The notes beneath the pieces are model-generated. The model had not been told where the DNA came from. It made no database searches and saw only the letters and a program-made list of their open reading frames with translations. From a virus (lineage: Duplodnaviria; Caudoviricetes), in IMG/VR virus record IMGVR_UViG_3300025759_000624, positions 1 to 25,677 of that record: 25,677 nucleotides of DNA; one strand, 5' to 3'. How positions within the stretch are numbered: the stretch's first letter is position 1; the number at the start of each line of letters is the position of its first letter. Below, in pieces: positions 14,951 through 24,091 of this stretch. Made by a program: the position numbers and the translations under genes.

Positions 14951-15361
14951 ATGGCAATTAAAGATAAAACAATGAGACAAAGGAAAGAGGAATTTGTACA
15001 GCATTTCTTAGTGACAAAGAACGCTACTGAAGCCGCAAAAAGGTGTGGGTATTCAGAGAAGAGTTCTTATAATCAGGGGTACAGATTGATGAACGATGAT
15101 GAAGTTTCTGAAATGCTTGCAAAAGAGTTATCTGAATCAAAAGAACGTAACCTCAGAGACCATGACAGCATCATAGAGAGGCTCAAAGAAGAAGCCTTAG
15201 GCGATGTATCAGGTCATACTGCAGGCTCTCGTGTCAAAGCCTTAGAGCTCCTCATGAAATACTACCAAATGATTGATAGTTCTCAGAAGCTTGAGGTTTC
15301 AATGAAAGACTCTTGGTTCGAGACGATTGATTTAGACAATAAAGAGAATCACCTTAATTAG
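14951..15361 (+). CDS. terS: Terminase small subunit
   Basis: FVQHF...NATEAAKRCGYS...GYRL...KALELL; upstream of TerL. Confidence 0.9.
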   Translation: MAIKDKTMRQRKEEFVQHFLVTKNATEAAKRCGYSEKSSYNQGYRLMNDDEVSEMLAKELSESKERNLRDHDSIIERLKEEALGDVSGHTAGSRVKALELLMKYYQMIDSSQKLEVSMKDSWFETIDLDNKENHLN

Positions 15362-15456
15362 GTGAGTGGCTCCTAGTTAGTGGACACTATCAACAAGAAC
15401 CGCATTATTAAAGGGAGGGGGAGTGCTGGACAGGGTACCTCATATACATATATACC

Positions 15457-15487
15457 CATATCCCCCTATGACCTTACGGGGGGTATG
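15457..15487. other. GC-rich hairpin in the terS-terL spacer
   Basis: CATATCCCCC-N11-GGGGGGTATG. Confidence 0.45.
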
Positions 15488-15498
15488 TAATTTTGCAA

Positions 15499-17109
15499 AT
15501 GCAATCTGAAAAAAATAAAATAAAAAAAATTATAAAAACCTTTAAAGCGAATCTCCCTCAATACGCTAAGCATTGTTTAAAAATTATAGATAAGCAGGGT
15601 AAATTAATAAGCTTTGAGTTTAACGAAGCACAAAAATTATTAGATAAACAGATTAATAAACAGTTAAAAGATCGTGGCAATGTTCGTATACTAATATTAA
15701 AGTCTCGTCAGACAGGTATATCTACCTACTGCCAAGCAAGAGGGTTCTGGAAAACAGTAACTGCACAGAATCCAAGAGGGTTCTGGAAAACAGTAACTGC
15801 ACAGAATCAGAATGCTGTTGTGGTATCCCATCTTAATGAATCTACTAAAGCTATTTTTAGTATGGTAAGAAACTTCTATGATAATTTACCGCACCCAGTT
15901 GTTACACCAGAGTTAAAAGAATCTACAAGTAACTCAATGGCATTTACACACGGATCTAGATGGAGAATCGCTACAGCAAGAACAGGTGAAGTTGGGAGGG
16001 GTTGGACAACAAACTATCTACATGGTTCAGAGGTAGCCTTCTATCCAAACTCAGATATTATCCCTGGTCTTTTACAAACAGTACCCGAAGCAGAGTCAGA
16101 AATATTATTAGAGTCCACCGCGAATGGAGCAGGAGGTTGGTTCTACGATGCGTGCATGAGAGCATTGCGTGGAGAGGGTGAGTGGGAAATATGTTTTATA
16201 CCTTGGTATATGATGAGTGAATATCGCAGGAAGGTAGATCCATACTTTGAGATAGAGCGTGAAGAGGAAGACGTAAAGACTATGTTCGGCTTAGACGATG
16301 AGCAAATAATGTTTAGGCGTTTAAAAATACAAGAGCTGGGTGGAGAAGATTTGTTTAGACAAGAGTACCCGTCTACCCCGCAGGAAGCGTTTTTAACAAC
16401 AGGTAGATTATTTGTTGAGCCGAAGTTTATAGATCAAGCAGCGGTTGAATGCTTTACCCCGATTTCCCGATACGATGTGCGAGAGAATGATTTCATGCCA
16501 CACGAAAAAGGGCTATTAAAAATTTTCGAGAATCCAAAGGATTCTTTGAGATATTGCATTGGTGTAGATGTTGCAGAAGGTTTGGAGCACGGAGACTATT
16601 CTTGCATCCAGGTGCTAGATCATATGGGCTACCAAGTTGCCACATGGACTGGGCACGTTGACCCGTTTGACTTAGCTCACATAGTTGCCAAGATTGCACA
16701 CTTCTACAATAAAGCTTGGACGCTCATTGAAAGAAACAACCACGGGCTTACCACCATCCGAAAAATACAAGAACTAAATTATCCTAATCTTTATGTAGAG
16801 CAAAGTGTAGATGATGCATATGTAGACCGCTTAACCAGACGTGCAGGTTTTTTAACTACAAGCAAGACAAAGCCCTTAATTATTGATAACTTAGTACACT
16901 TACTACGACAGGGAGAAAGTGGTATAGTAGATATAGAGCTCATTGACGAACTCAGAACATATGTCGTTGATGCCCGTGGAATAACAAATGCCCAGCAAGG
17001 GTGTTATGATGATAGAATAATGGCATATGCTATTGCTTTATTCGGATTGAACAGTATGCCTAGAAAACATAGGCAGAACTTTAAGAGAGTAAAGAAACAA
17101 TTTTTTTAA
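15499..17109 (+). CDS. terL: Terminase large subunit
   Basis: LKSRQTGIST (Walker A), LHGSEVAF (Walker B), ESTANG, RQEYP, IGVDVAEG and DDRIMA motifs. Confidence 0.95.
   Translation: MQSEKNKIKKIIKTFKANLPQYAKHCLKIIDKQGKLISFEFNEAQKLLDKQINKQLKDRGNVRILILKSRQTGISTYCQARGFWKTVTAQNPRGFWKTVTAQNQNAVVVSHLNESTKAIFSMVRNFYDNLPHPVVTPELKESTSNSMAFTHGSRWRIATARTGEVGRGWTTNYLHGSEVAFYPNSDIIPGLLQTVPEAESEILLESTANGAGGWFYDACMRALRGEGEWEICFIPWYMMSEYRRKVDPYFEIEREEEDVKTMFGLDDEQIMFRRLKIQELGGEDLFRQEYPSTPQEAFLTTGRLFVEPKFIDQAAVECFTPISRYDVRENDFMPHEKGLLKIFENPKDSLRYCIGVDVAEGLEHGDYSCIQVLDHMGYQVATWTGHVDPFDLAHIVAKIAHFYNKAWTLIERNNHGLTTIRKIQELNYPNLYVEQSVDDAYVDRLTRRAGFLTTSKTKPLIIDNLVHLLRQGESGIVDIELIDELRTYVVDARGITNAQQGCYDDRIMAYAIALFGLNSMPRKHRQNFKRVKKQFF
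15737..15808. repeat. 36-bp perfect tandem duplication in TerL, in frame
   Basis: caagagggttctggaaaacagtaactgcacagaatc occurs twice. Confidence 0.95.
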
Positions 17110-17115
17110 AAATAT

Positions 17116-19119
17116 ATGAATAAAGAATTAGGACCCGAAGGAATCTCAGCAGCCGTAGAAGCTACTGAAGAAGAGCAATACGAACTAAATTCATTAGGAG
17201 TTATACTTGAGTCTAAATATACCGAGTATAAAGATGCTCGTGATGATATCGAAGACAATTGGATTGAAGACCTAAGAGCATTTATGGGTCAGTATGATCC
17301 AGAGGTATTAGCCAAGATACAATCTAAAGGCGAGAGATCACAAGTGTATGTTGGTCTTACTCGAACCAAGGTGCTCGCAGCCTTCTCAAGAATTACAGAT
17401 TTATTATTCCAACCTGGACAAAAATTCTTTTCAATTGAAGCAACCCCAGTTTCCAAACAACCACTTGTTGCTCAAGAGCTAACCGAACAAGCTGCATTAG
17501 AAATTATGCAAGCTGCCGAAGTAGTAGACCCTGGATTAGTCGATGACTTAATACAAGCAAGATTGGCAGAGCTACAAGAAGAGATAGCGTTAGAGACAGA
17601 AAGCAGAGTAGAGAATATGGAAGAGGCTATTTTAGATCAAGCTGTTGAAAGTAATCTAGAAGGCAAAATGAAAGACGCTATTATGGAGCAAGTTATTTTT
17701 GGCACTGGTGCCATGAAGGCGGGAACTCTAAGAATAGATAAAGACCATAGATGGATTAAAGGCGAAGAAGGATTTAATTTAATATATGAAGAAAGTCCAT
17801 TCCCCGAAATGGAAGCTGTATCAGTATTTGATTTATATCCCGATCCTCATGCCACCAGTATGGATGACCTAAGAGATATCTTTAGAAGACATATTATATC
17901 TAGAAAAGAGTTTAGAGACCTAAAAGATTTTCCAGGTTTTAATGAAGATTTAATTAATGAGTGTATCGAAATGAATCCCGAGGGAAACCATGACGAAGCA
18001 CAACATGAAAAAGACAGAAGACAAATTGCAAATGTAAATGATAGATCTTCTGAAACACATAAGTTTGAACTCTTAGAATATTGGGGTTCAATTAATGGTT
18101 ACGACTTACAAGACGCTGGTGCAGACTTTGGCGATGAAGACGATCTTGCACAAGAGTATCACGCTAATGTATGGATAGTAGATGGTAAAGTTATTAAGGC
18201 TCAACTTAATCCATTACCAGGTGGCATAATACCTTACTTTATATTCCCCTATGAAAAGAACCCTCACGCATTTTGGGGTACTGGCGTACCTAGAATGATG
18301 AGAGATTCACAAGCCACTATGAATGCAGCTACAAGAATTTATTTAGACAACGTAGCTTTATCTTCTGGTCCTATGGTTGAAGTTAATACTGACATCATGG
18401 CTTCAGGAGAGGATCCAACAGAGTTATATCCTTGGCGTGTATTCTTAAGAGAGGGTGGTGACGGAAATCAACCCATGGTTAGATTTTATCAACCACAGTC
18501 AAACTCACCAGCACTTGTATCAGTTATAGAATTATTTAGAAGATTTGCCGATGAGACTACGGCACTTCCGTCCTATACTCACGGACAGACACAAAGCTCA
18601 CTCAACAGAACTGCCACAGGTATTTCTATATTAATGAGTAACGCAAACATAGTCTTAAAATCAGTTATTAAAAACATTGATGACTACCTTACCAAACCAA
18701 TGATACGTTCTTTATATGATTGGAACATGACATGGAATGAAAATGAAAATGTTAAATCAGATATGCGTATTGTCGCTAAAGGATCCACAGCCCTTATACA
18801 GAAAGAAGTACAATCACAAAGATTGTTACAGTTCCTTTCTTTAATCAATAATCCAATGGATGCACAAATGGTTAATAGAGAAAAACTATTAACTGATATT
18901 GCCAAGTCCTTGGACATTGATCCAGAAGAAGTAATTAAATCACAAAAGGAGTTAATGGATGAGCAAGCATTACAACAAGCTATCCTTGCCAGCCAGCAAG
19001 GCGGTCAAGTTGATCAAGTCCCAAATGGGGACGGAATGGTCGGTCCTGATGGACGAAATGGAGTCCCTTCGCCAAATGGAGCGGGACCAGTTGGAAATAA
19101 CGGACAACTACCGCTTTAG
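17116..19119 (+). CDS. Portal protein
   Basis: 667 aa directly after TerL; DLYPDP, FWGTGV, RTATGISIL motifs of podovirus-type portals. Confidence 0.9.
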   Translation: MNKELGPEGISAAVEATEEEQYELNSLGVILESKYTEYKDARDDIEDNWIEDLRAFMGQYDPEVLAKIQSKGERSQVYVGLTRTKVLAAFSRITDLLFQPGQKFFSIEATPVSKQPLVAQELTEQAALEIMQAAEVVDPGLVDDLIQARLAELQEEIALETESRVENMEEAILDQAVESNLEGKMKDAIMEQVIFGTGAMKAGTLRIDKDHRWIKGEEGFNLIYEESPFPEMEAVSVFDLYPDPHATSMDDLRDIFRRHIISRKEFRDLKDFPGFNEDLINECIEMNPEGNHDEAQHEKDRRQIANVNDRSSETHKFELLEYWGSINGYDLQDAGADFGDEDDLAQEYHANVWIVDGKVIKAQLNPLPGGIIPYFIFPYEKNPHAFWGTGVPRMMRDSQATMNAATRIYLDNVALSSGPMVEVNTDIMASGEDPTELYPWRVFLREGGDGNQPMVRFYQPQSNSPALVSVIELFRRFADETTALPSYTHGQTQSSLNRTATGISILMSNANIVLKSVIKNIDDYLTKPMIRSLYDWNMTWNENENVKSDMRIVAKGSTALIQKEVQSQRLLQFLSLINNPMDAQMVNREKLLTDIAKSLDIDPEEVIKSQKELMDEQALQQAILASQQGGQVDQVPNGDGMVGPDGRNGVPSPNGAGPVGNNGQLPL

Positions 19120-19228
19120 TCAAGGACGTTGCGACATTCTTAAGTTTATAGTATCTTTAGATACAATTGCTGATAAAGTAATTAATTCGTTAGGCTCCAA
19201 AAGGGATACACCTAACATATATAAGTAA
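18959..19228 (+). CDS. Small hypothetical protein between portal and scaffold
   Basis: 89 aa with RFSQGR; AAGGAG upstream; overlaps the portal 3' end in another frame. Confidence 0.65.
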   Translation: MSKHYNKLSLPASKAVKLIKSQMGTEWSVLMDEMESLRQMERDQLEITDNYRFSQGRCDILKFIVSLDTIADKVINSLGSKRDTPNIYK

Positions 19229-19263
19229 TTTTAATCGACACCCCCAACAAAAGGACCGTTAAA

Positions 19264-20232
19264 ATGGAAAGAGAAAAAACTAAAGGCGAGTTAATCGCTG
19301 AAAAGCTTGAAAAAGAAGCTGATGAGATGTTGAAACAAATTCAAGACTCTCAACAGGAATCTGAACCAGAAGCCAAAGGGTTAGCTACCGAAGAGGCAGA
19401 AGAGCAAGACACCCCTGAAGAAGTTGTAGAAGATGTGGAAGCTTTACCCGATGAATCTCAGGAAACTGAAGAAGCGTCTGATCAGCAAGAAGAAGAGATT
19501 CAGGAAGAACTAACTAAATCCGATAAGGGTTTGTTGTCTGCCGAACAGTGGGAAGAAAGGTACAAAAATGCTCAGGCACGAATGACCAAGGCTACCCAGA
19601 GAGAAAAAGAACTTGAAGCTAAGATTGCTGAAATGTCTAATAAGATAACAGCGATTGAAAGCATGAAGTCTGAAGCTCGTATTGAGAAACAGAAGGAAGA
19701 GGTTAATGTAGATCTAGGTGAGATTATGAAAGATTACCCAGAAATTGTTAAACCACTTCAAAGTTATGTCGATGCTCGCATCGCGACTGTGGATCAAAAA
19801 ATGCAACAGGCTACAGAAGAGGTCTTAAAATCTCAACAGGAAGAAGCAGACAGGAAGCATTATGCAGCTATTGCAGACGTGCATCCCGATTGGAAGTCTA
19901 TATCAGCTAGTGATGATTTCACTATATGGTTAGAAAGACAATCTAGAATGTGGCGTAATGCCGCATCCGATGGTGATGCCCAAGATGTTGTAGCACTCTT
20001 ATCAAAGTATAAACAAGATTTAGGTTTAGTTTCCAACAAAGTTTCCAAAAAGGAATTAGTGGAAAAGGCAAAACAAAATGTTGAACCTTCACTCTCTAAA
20101 GCCAGGAAGCAAAACGTAGGTAGTAGTAAAAAAATATGGACTGCCCAAGAGATTGGTAAACTTTCTGATAAAGAATTTATAAAGTTTGAGAAAGACATTG
20201 ATCAAGCTTATGCTGATGGAAGGGTTAGATAA
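19264..20232 (+). CDS. Capsid scaffolding protein
   Basis: Acidic coiled-coil, WEERYK, HPDW and terminal IDQAYADGRVR; upstream of the capsid gene. Confidence 0.8.
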   Translation: MEREKTKGELIAEKLEKEADEMLKQIQDSQQESEPEAKGLATEEAEEQDTPEEVVEDVEALPDESQETEEASDQQEEEIQEELTKSDKGLLSAEQWEERYKNAQARMTKATQREKELEAKIAEMSNKITAIESMKSEARIEKQKEEVNVDLGEIMKDYPEIVKPLQSYVDARIATVDQKMQQATEEVLKSQQEEADRKHYAAIADVHPDWKSISASDDFTIWLERQSRMWRNAASDGDAQDVVALLSKYKQDLGLVSNKVSKKELVEKAKQNVEPSLSKARKQNVGSSKKIWTAQEIGKLSDKEFIKFEKDIDQAYADGRVR

Positions 20233-20283
20233 ATAAATATTTACTACTTTTTAAATAAACTTTTATATTAAGAGGTAATTAAT

Positions 20284-21150
20284 ATGGCATATTCATCTTC
20301 AGGCGGGAGCTTTAGCTTCGCAGCTGGTGAAAATCATTTTATACCTGAAGTATTCTCTAGAAAGTTACAAGCTAAGTTTTATGCTCAGACCATGTTGTCT
20401 GAAGTTACAACTAACGAGTACGAAGGAGAAATTTCAGGGTTAGGTAACAAAGTAAACATAAGAACAGTACCAGCAGTCTCAGTTGCTGATTACACAGGAT
20501 CTATTTCCTATTCAGATGTTACTTCATCTACCATTGAGTTAAACATCGACAAAGCTAAAAGCTATGCTTTTAAAGTTGATGACATCCTAAAAGAGCAAGC
20601 CGATATCGACTTTCTAAATGAAGCAGCATCTGATGCAGCTCAAAACATGAAAATCGCTATTGAGCAAGATGTGTTCGCTAACGTAGCCGCAGGTTCGTCT
20701 TTAACAGACATCAACGCAACACCAGCAAACATCACATCTTCTACTGTTTTAGGGCACATTCTCGATGCAGGACAGCAACTTGATGAAAACAATATTCCTG
20801 AAGAAGGAAGATTCATGATCATCAACCCAGCTGTTGCTACATTGTTAAAGCAGTCAGAACTTAGACAAGCATACTTAACTGGTGACAATGTTTCACCATT
20901 AAGAAATGGCTTTATTGGAACAGTTGATAGATTCAACATGTATGTATCTAACAACTTAAGCACAGCAGCTGGAGTAACATCTGGTCTGTATGGGCATCCA
21001 AAAGCGATTGCTTATGCTTCTCAAATGACTAACACTGAAACTGTAAGACTTGAGTCTTCATTCGGTGATGGCGTTAGAGGTCTAGCTGTTTACGGATACA
21101 AAGTTATCCTACCAACAGCGATTGGTGAATTTAAGTTACAAGTAGCTTAA
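20284..21150 (+). CDS. Major capsid protein
   Basis: FIPEVFS..L, G.KVNI, LDENNIPEEGRF, FGDGVRGL.VYG.KV; GAGGT RBS; followed by a terminator. Confidence 0.9.
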   Translation: MAYSSSGGSFSFAAGENHFIPEVFSRKLQAKFYAQTMLSEVTTNEYEGEISGLGNKVNIRTVPAVSVADYTGSISYSDVTSSTIELNIDKAKSYAFKVDDILKEQADIDFLNEAASDAAQNMKIAIEQDVFANVAAGSSLTDINATPANITSSTVLGHILDAGQQLDENNIPEEGRFMIINPAVATLLKQSELRQAYLTGDNVSPLRNGFIGTVDRFNMYVSNNLSTAAGVTSGLYGHPKAIAYASQMTNTETVRLESSFGDGVRGLAVYGYKVILPTAIGEFKLQVA

Positions 21151-21158
21151 TTTAACTT

Positions 21159-21186
21159 GGGGGAGTTTCGGCTCCCCCTTTTTTTT
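21159..21186 (+). terminator. Intrinsic terminator after the capsid gene
   Basis: GGGGGAGU-UUCG-GCUCCCCC followed by 8 U. Confidence 0.92.
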
Positions 21187-21258
21187 GTTTTTTCCCCACT
21201 AGCTTGTATCTATGTTTTTGTGATAACTTAAGCATAGTTATAATTAAACGAGGCTACT

Positions 21259-21543
21259 ATGACAAAAGACGAACTGATTAAATCAGCAAAAGAGAACTTC
21301 AATGTTTCTCTCAACCCAAAGGACAAACTTAAAGACTTAGAACAGCAATATGCATCTCTTGAAAGCACATTAGTTGTTGAAGAAGAAGTTGTTGTTGAAT
21401 CTAATTCTAAAGATCCAATAGCTTCAAGAGGCGAGCACGGGAAGATTCTTCCATGGAGCCCTCTACATAGGTCAGACTTCTGGACTTTTATTTATGATAA
21501 AGGATCTTTAACAAAAGAAGAGAAAAAAATATTGGGTTTATAA
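21259..21543 (+). CDS. Hypothetical protein
   Basis: 94 aa, GAGG RBS. Confidence 0.7.
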   Translation: MTKDELIKSAKENFNVSLNPKDKLKDLEQQYASLESTLVVEEEVVVESNSKDPIASRGEHGKILPWSPLHRSDFWTFIYDKGSLTKEEKKILGL

Positions 21544-22209
21544 ATGGCAACTATTAAAGTAATTGATCTTATTAATAAGGCTGAGGAGATACTTCAAGAT
21601 ACATCTAATGTTAGATGGTCTCAACAATCTCTTTTAAACTATCTTAATGATGCACAAAGAGAAATAGTTTTATTCAGACCAGATGCAAATACGGTTAATG
21701 CATCTTTTACTTTGATAGCAAATACTGCAAAACAAAGTTTGCCAAACGCAGGACTTAGACTTCTTTCAATCTATAGAAATTCAAGCCCTACAACCAAACC
21801 AATAACTAATATTGAGAGAAGGGTTTTGGACGATCAAATAGAAGATTGGCATGGCACAACAGGGACTAATGTTGAACATTATGTTTATGATCCCCTGGAC
21901 CCTAAAATTTTTTATGTATATCCACACACCACAGCGTCAGACGCAACAATAGAGATTGTTTATAGTTCTGCTCCAACAGATATAACTATAAGTAATTTTA
22001 CAACTGACACAACAGTCATAGCTTTGGATGATGTATATGCAAATGCAATTTTAGACTTCATGTTGTATAGAGCTTATCAAAAAGACACTGAATATTCTGG
22101 TGACTTGCAAAAGTCAGGAGTCTACTCACAATCTTTTCAAAACTCAATAGGAATTAAAAATCAAGTTGATGCAGGTTCAACACCAAGACCATCAACACCA
22201 ACACAATAA
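21544..22209 (+). CDS. Putative head-tail adaptor / virion protein
   Basis: LQD...RWS...L..YLNDAQREI...RPDA...D..LYRAY.KD pattern; position after capsid. Confidence 0.7.
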   Translation: MATIKVIDLINKAEEILQDTSNVRWSQQSLLNYLNDAQREIVLFRPDANTVNASFTLIANTAKQSLPNAGLRLLSIYRNSSPTTKPITNIERRVLDDQIEDWHGTTGTNVEHYVYDPLDPKIFYVYPHTTASDATIEIVYSSAPTDITISNFTTDTTVIALDDVYANAILDFMLYRAYQKDTEYSGDLQKSGVYSQSFQNSIGIKNQVDAGSTPRPSTPTQ

Positions 22210-22215
22210 TATTAA

Positions 22216-22893
22216 ATGGCAGTATCAAAAAAAATAGAAACTTTAGTACCAAAAGTTAAGAGAGAGGCACCTAGCTGCCCGTCGTTTATCGTTGTTGAAG
22301 AGTTAAGAAATACTATTATAGATTTTTGCGTAAGCACTGATATTTATTTATCAGACCTAACGCTCTTGCAAGTCATATCAGGTATTAATGAGTATGAGTC
22401 ATCAGATCTTGATATTCCAGTTGGCACAGAGCTAAATCACATTATTGATTTTTATTTTGAGTTTGGTGAATCAGATAACCAGATAACAGAAAAAAGTTTA
22501 GCAAGATTAGAGCCAAAGTCCTTAATAGGTACACCATCACTCATAGATGCATATGGAAAAGGAAAACCAAAATATTATGCACAAAGAAATCAAGAAACTA
22601 TTTTATTCGCACCCACTCCCGATAAAAATTATTCGTTTTATGCTTTATACAGTTTAAAACCAACATCTACAGCAACAACGATTCCTAACATCATTGTAAA
22701 TGAGTACCAAGAAACTATTGTTCATGGTGCCTTATACAGACTACAAATGATGAAAGACAGCCCTTGGAGTGATATACAGGCAGCAGACCTTAATAAAAGA
22801 ATGTATGATAAGGGTGAGGCACAGGCAGTTAGAAAATCTAAATATGGTCTTGTTGGTGCCCCTCTAACAGTTAAATACCAGGAGTTTATGTAA
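22216..22893 (+). CDS. Putative head-tail adaptor / tail tubular protein
   Basis: P.CP...IDFC...GKPKYY...P.PD...L.P...GALYRL...PWS; position in the virion module. Confidence 0.65.
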   Translation: MAVSKKIETLVPKVKREAPSCPSFIVVEELRNTIIDFCVSTDIYLSDLTLLQVISGINEYESSDLDIPVGTELNHIIDFYFEFGESDNQITEKSLARLEPKSLIGTPSLIDAYGKGKPKYYAQRNQETILFAPTPDKNYSFYALYSLKPTSTATTIPNIIVNEYQETIVHGALYRLQMMKDSPWSDIQAADLNKRMYDKGEAQAVRKSKYGLVGAPLTVKYQEFM

Positions 22894-23267
22894 TGGCATA
22901 TTCAACAACAATAAAAGTAGTAGTTGGTGATACGCACCCAGAATTAAATTTTACTCTTACAGATTCAAATACCGCAGCTAGTGGAAAAACTTTAGACGCA
23001 GAGGATCCAACAACATTTGCTCCAATAGATCTAACAGGATCCACAACAAGGGTAAGGATTAGAAAGATCGGGACTACAACAATATTAGATACTATTGTTT
23101 GCTCTATTACCAATGCAACGGCTGGAAAGTGCTCTATGGTTTTTACATCAAGCACTTTTACCGCAGCAGGATTTTACGAGGGAGAAATAGAAATAACCAA
23201 ATCAGATGGTAATATACAAACAGTAGGGGACCTTATTAGATTTAATGTAAGAGATGATTTTGACTAA
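22893..23267 (+). CDS. Virion structural protein (BppU N-terminal-like)
   Basis: GDT.P.L.FTL.D...IDLTG...AG.YEGEIEIT..DG.IQT. Confidence 0.65.
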   Translation: MAYSTTIKVVVGDTHPELNFTLTDSNTAASGKTLDAEDPTTFAPIDLTGSTTRVRIRKIGTTTILDTIVCSITNATAGKCSMVFTSSTFTAAGFYEGEIEITKSDGNIQTVGDLIRFNVRDDFD

Positions 23268-23635
23268 TGGCTATAAAGTTAGTTGTAGGGTACCAAAGCC
23301 TACAAGCAAGTGTTAAAACCCAACAGGCTACTCTAGCTGCCGAGGTATCAGAAGCAAGTACACCCTCCCTATTAAACTTTGTAAACTTAAATCTAGCAGT
23401 AGATAATTTAAACCTATACGCTGATATTCTATTAGATTCTGACACTAAAAATATTTACTTTACTGGATCAAATCCAAACGTAGCTATCCTTTCCATATCA
23501 GAACAAGATGTGATATCTTTTAGCAAAAGTGTTAATGATACTCTAGCAATATCTGAGACTATAGATATTAAATTTATTGCTAGCTCGAAGAGTGTTTTGA
23601 ATACGGCTGCACTTAATACAGGTGCCCTTAACTAG
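23267..23635 (+). CDS. Hypothetical virion protein
   Basis: 122 aa, TAATG-coupled. Confidence 0.65.
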   Translation: MAIKLVVGYQSLQASVKTQQATLAAEVSEASTPSLLNFVNLNLAVDNLNLYADILLDSDTKNIYFTGSNPNVAILSISEQDVISFSKSVNDTLAISETIDIKFIASSKSVLNTAALNTGALN

Positions 23636-23643
23636 GAGTTAGA

Positions 23644-24075
23644 ATGATAGTCGATAATTTTCAGCTAAAAGGAAAATTAGAAATTAAGATAAATAATCAG
23701 GTTGTTGCCAAGGTTCCAAATATTGTTGTGAATAATGGTAAGGATTTTGTAGCATCTAGAATGAAAGACGCTACCGCAACCGTTATGTCTCATATGGCTA
23801 TAGGCACAGGAACAACTTCTGCGGTGGCTGCGAACACTACCCTAGAGACAGAGCTTTCAGGAAGCAGAACAGCCTTAACTTCAACGACAGTTTCGAGCAA
23901 TGATGTAATTTATGTTGCAACCTTTGGACCTGGTGTAGGCACGGGTGCGGTCACAGAGGCAGGTATTTTTAATGCTTCTTCAGGTGGAACTATGTTATGT
24001 AGAACAGTTTTTGCAGTTATTAATAAAGCGGCATCTGACTCTATGACAATCACCTGGACAGTAACAGTAAGTTAA
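23644..24075 (+). CDS. Tail-associated structural protein
   Basis: N.VVN.G...MAIGTG...T.LETE...TEAGIFN....G.M..R. Confidence 0.7.
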   Translation: MIVDNFQLKGKLEIKINNQVVAKVPNIVVNNGKDFVASRMKDATATVMSHMAIGTGTTSAVAANTTLETELSGSRTALTSTTVSSNDVIYVATFGPGVGTGAVTEAGIFNASSGGTMLCRTVFAVINKAASDSMTITWTVTVS

Positions 24076-24091
24076 ATAAAAGAGGTAATTA

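Noticed and set aside
21200-21245. Internal promoter after the capsid terminator (TATAAT at 21239)
   Set aside because: No convincing -35 at the right spacing and AT-rich background; possible but unsupported.
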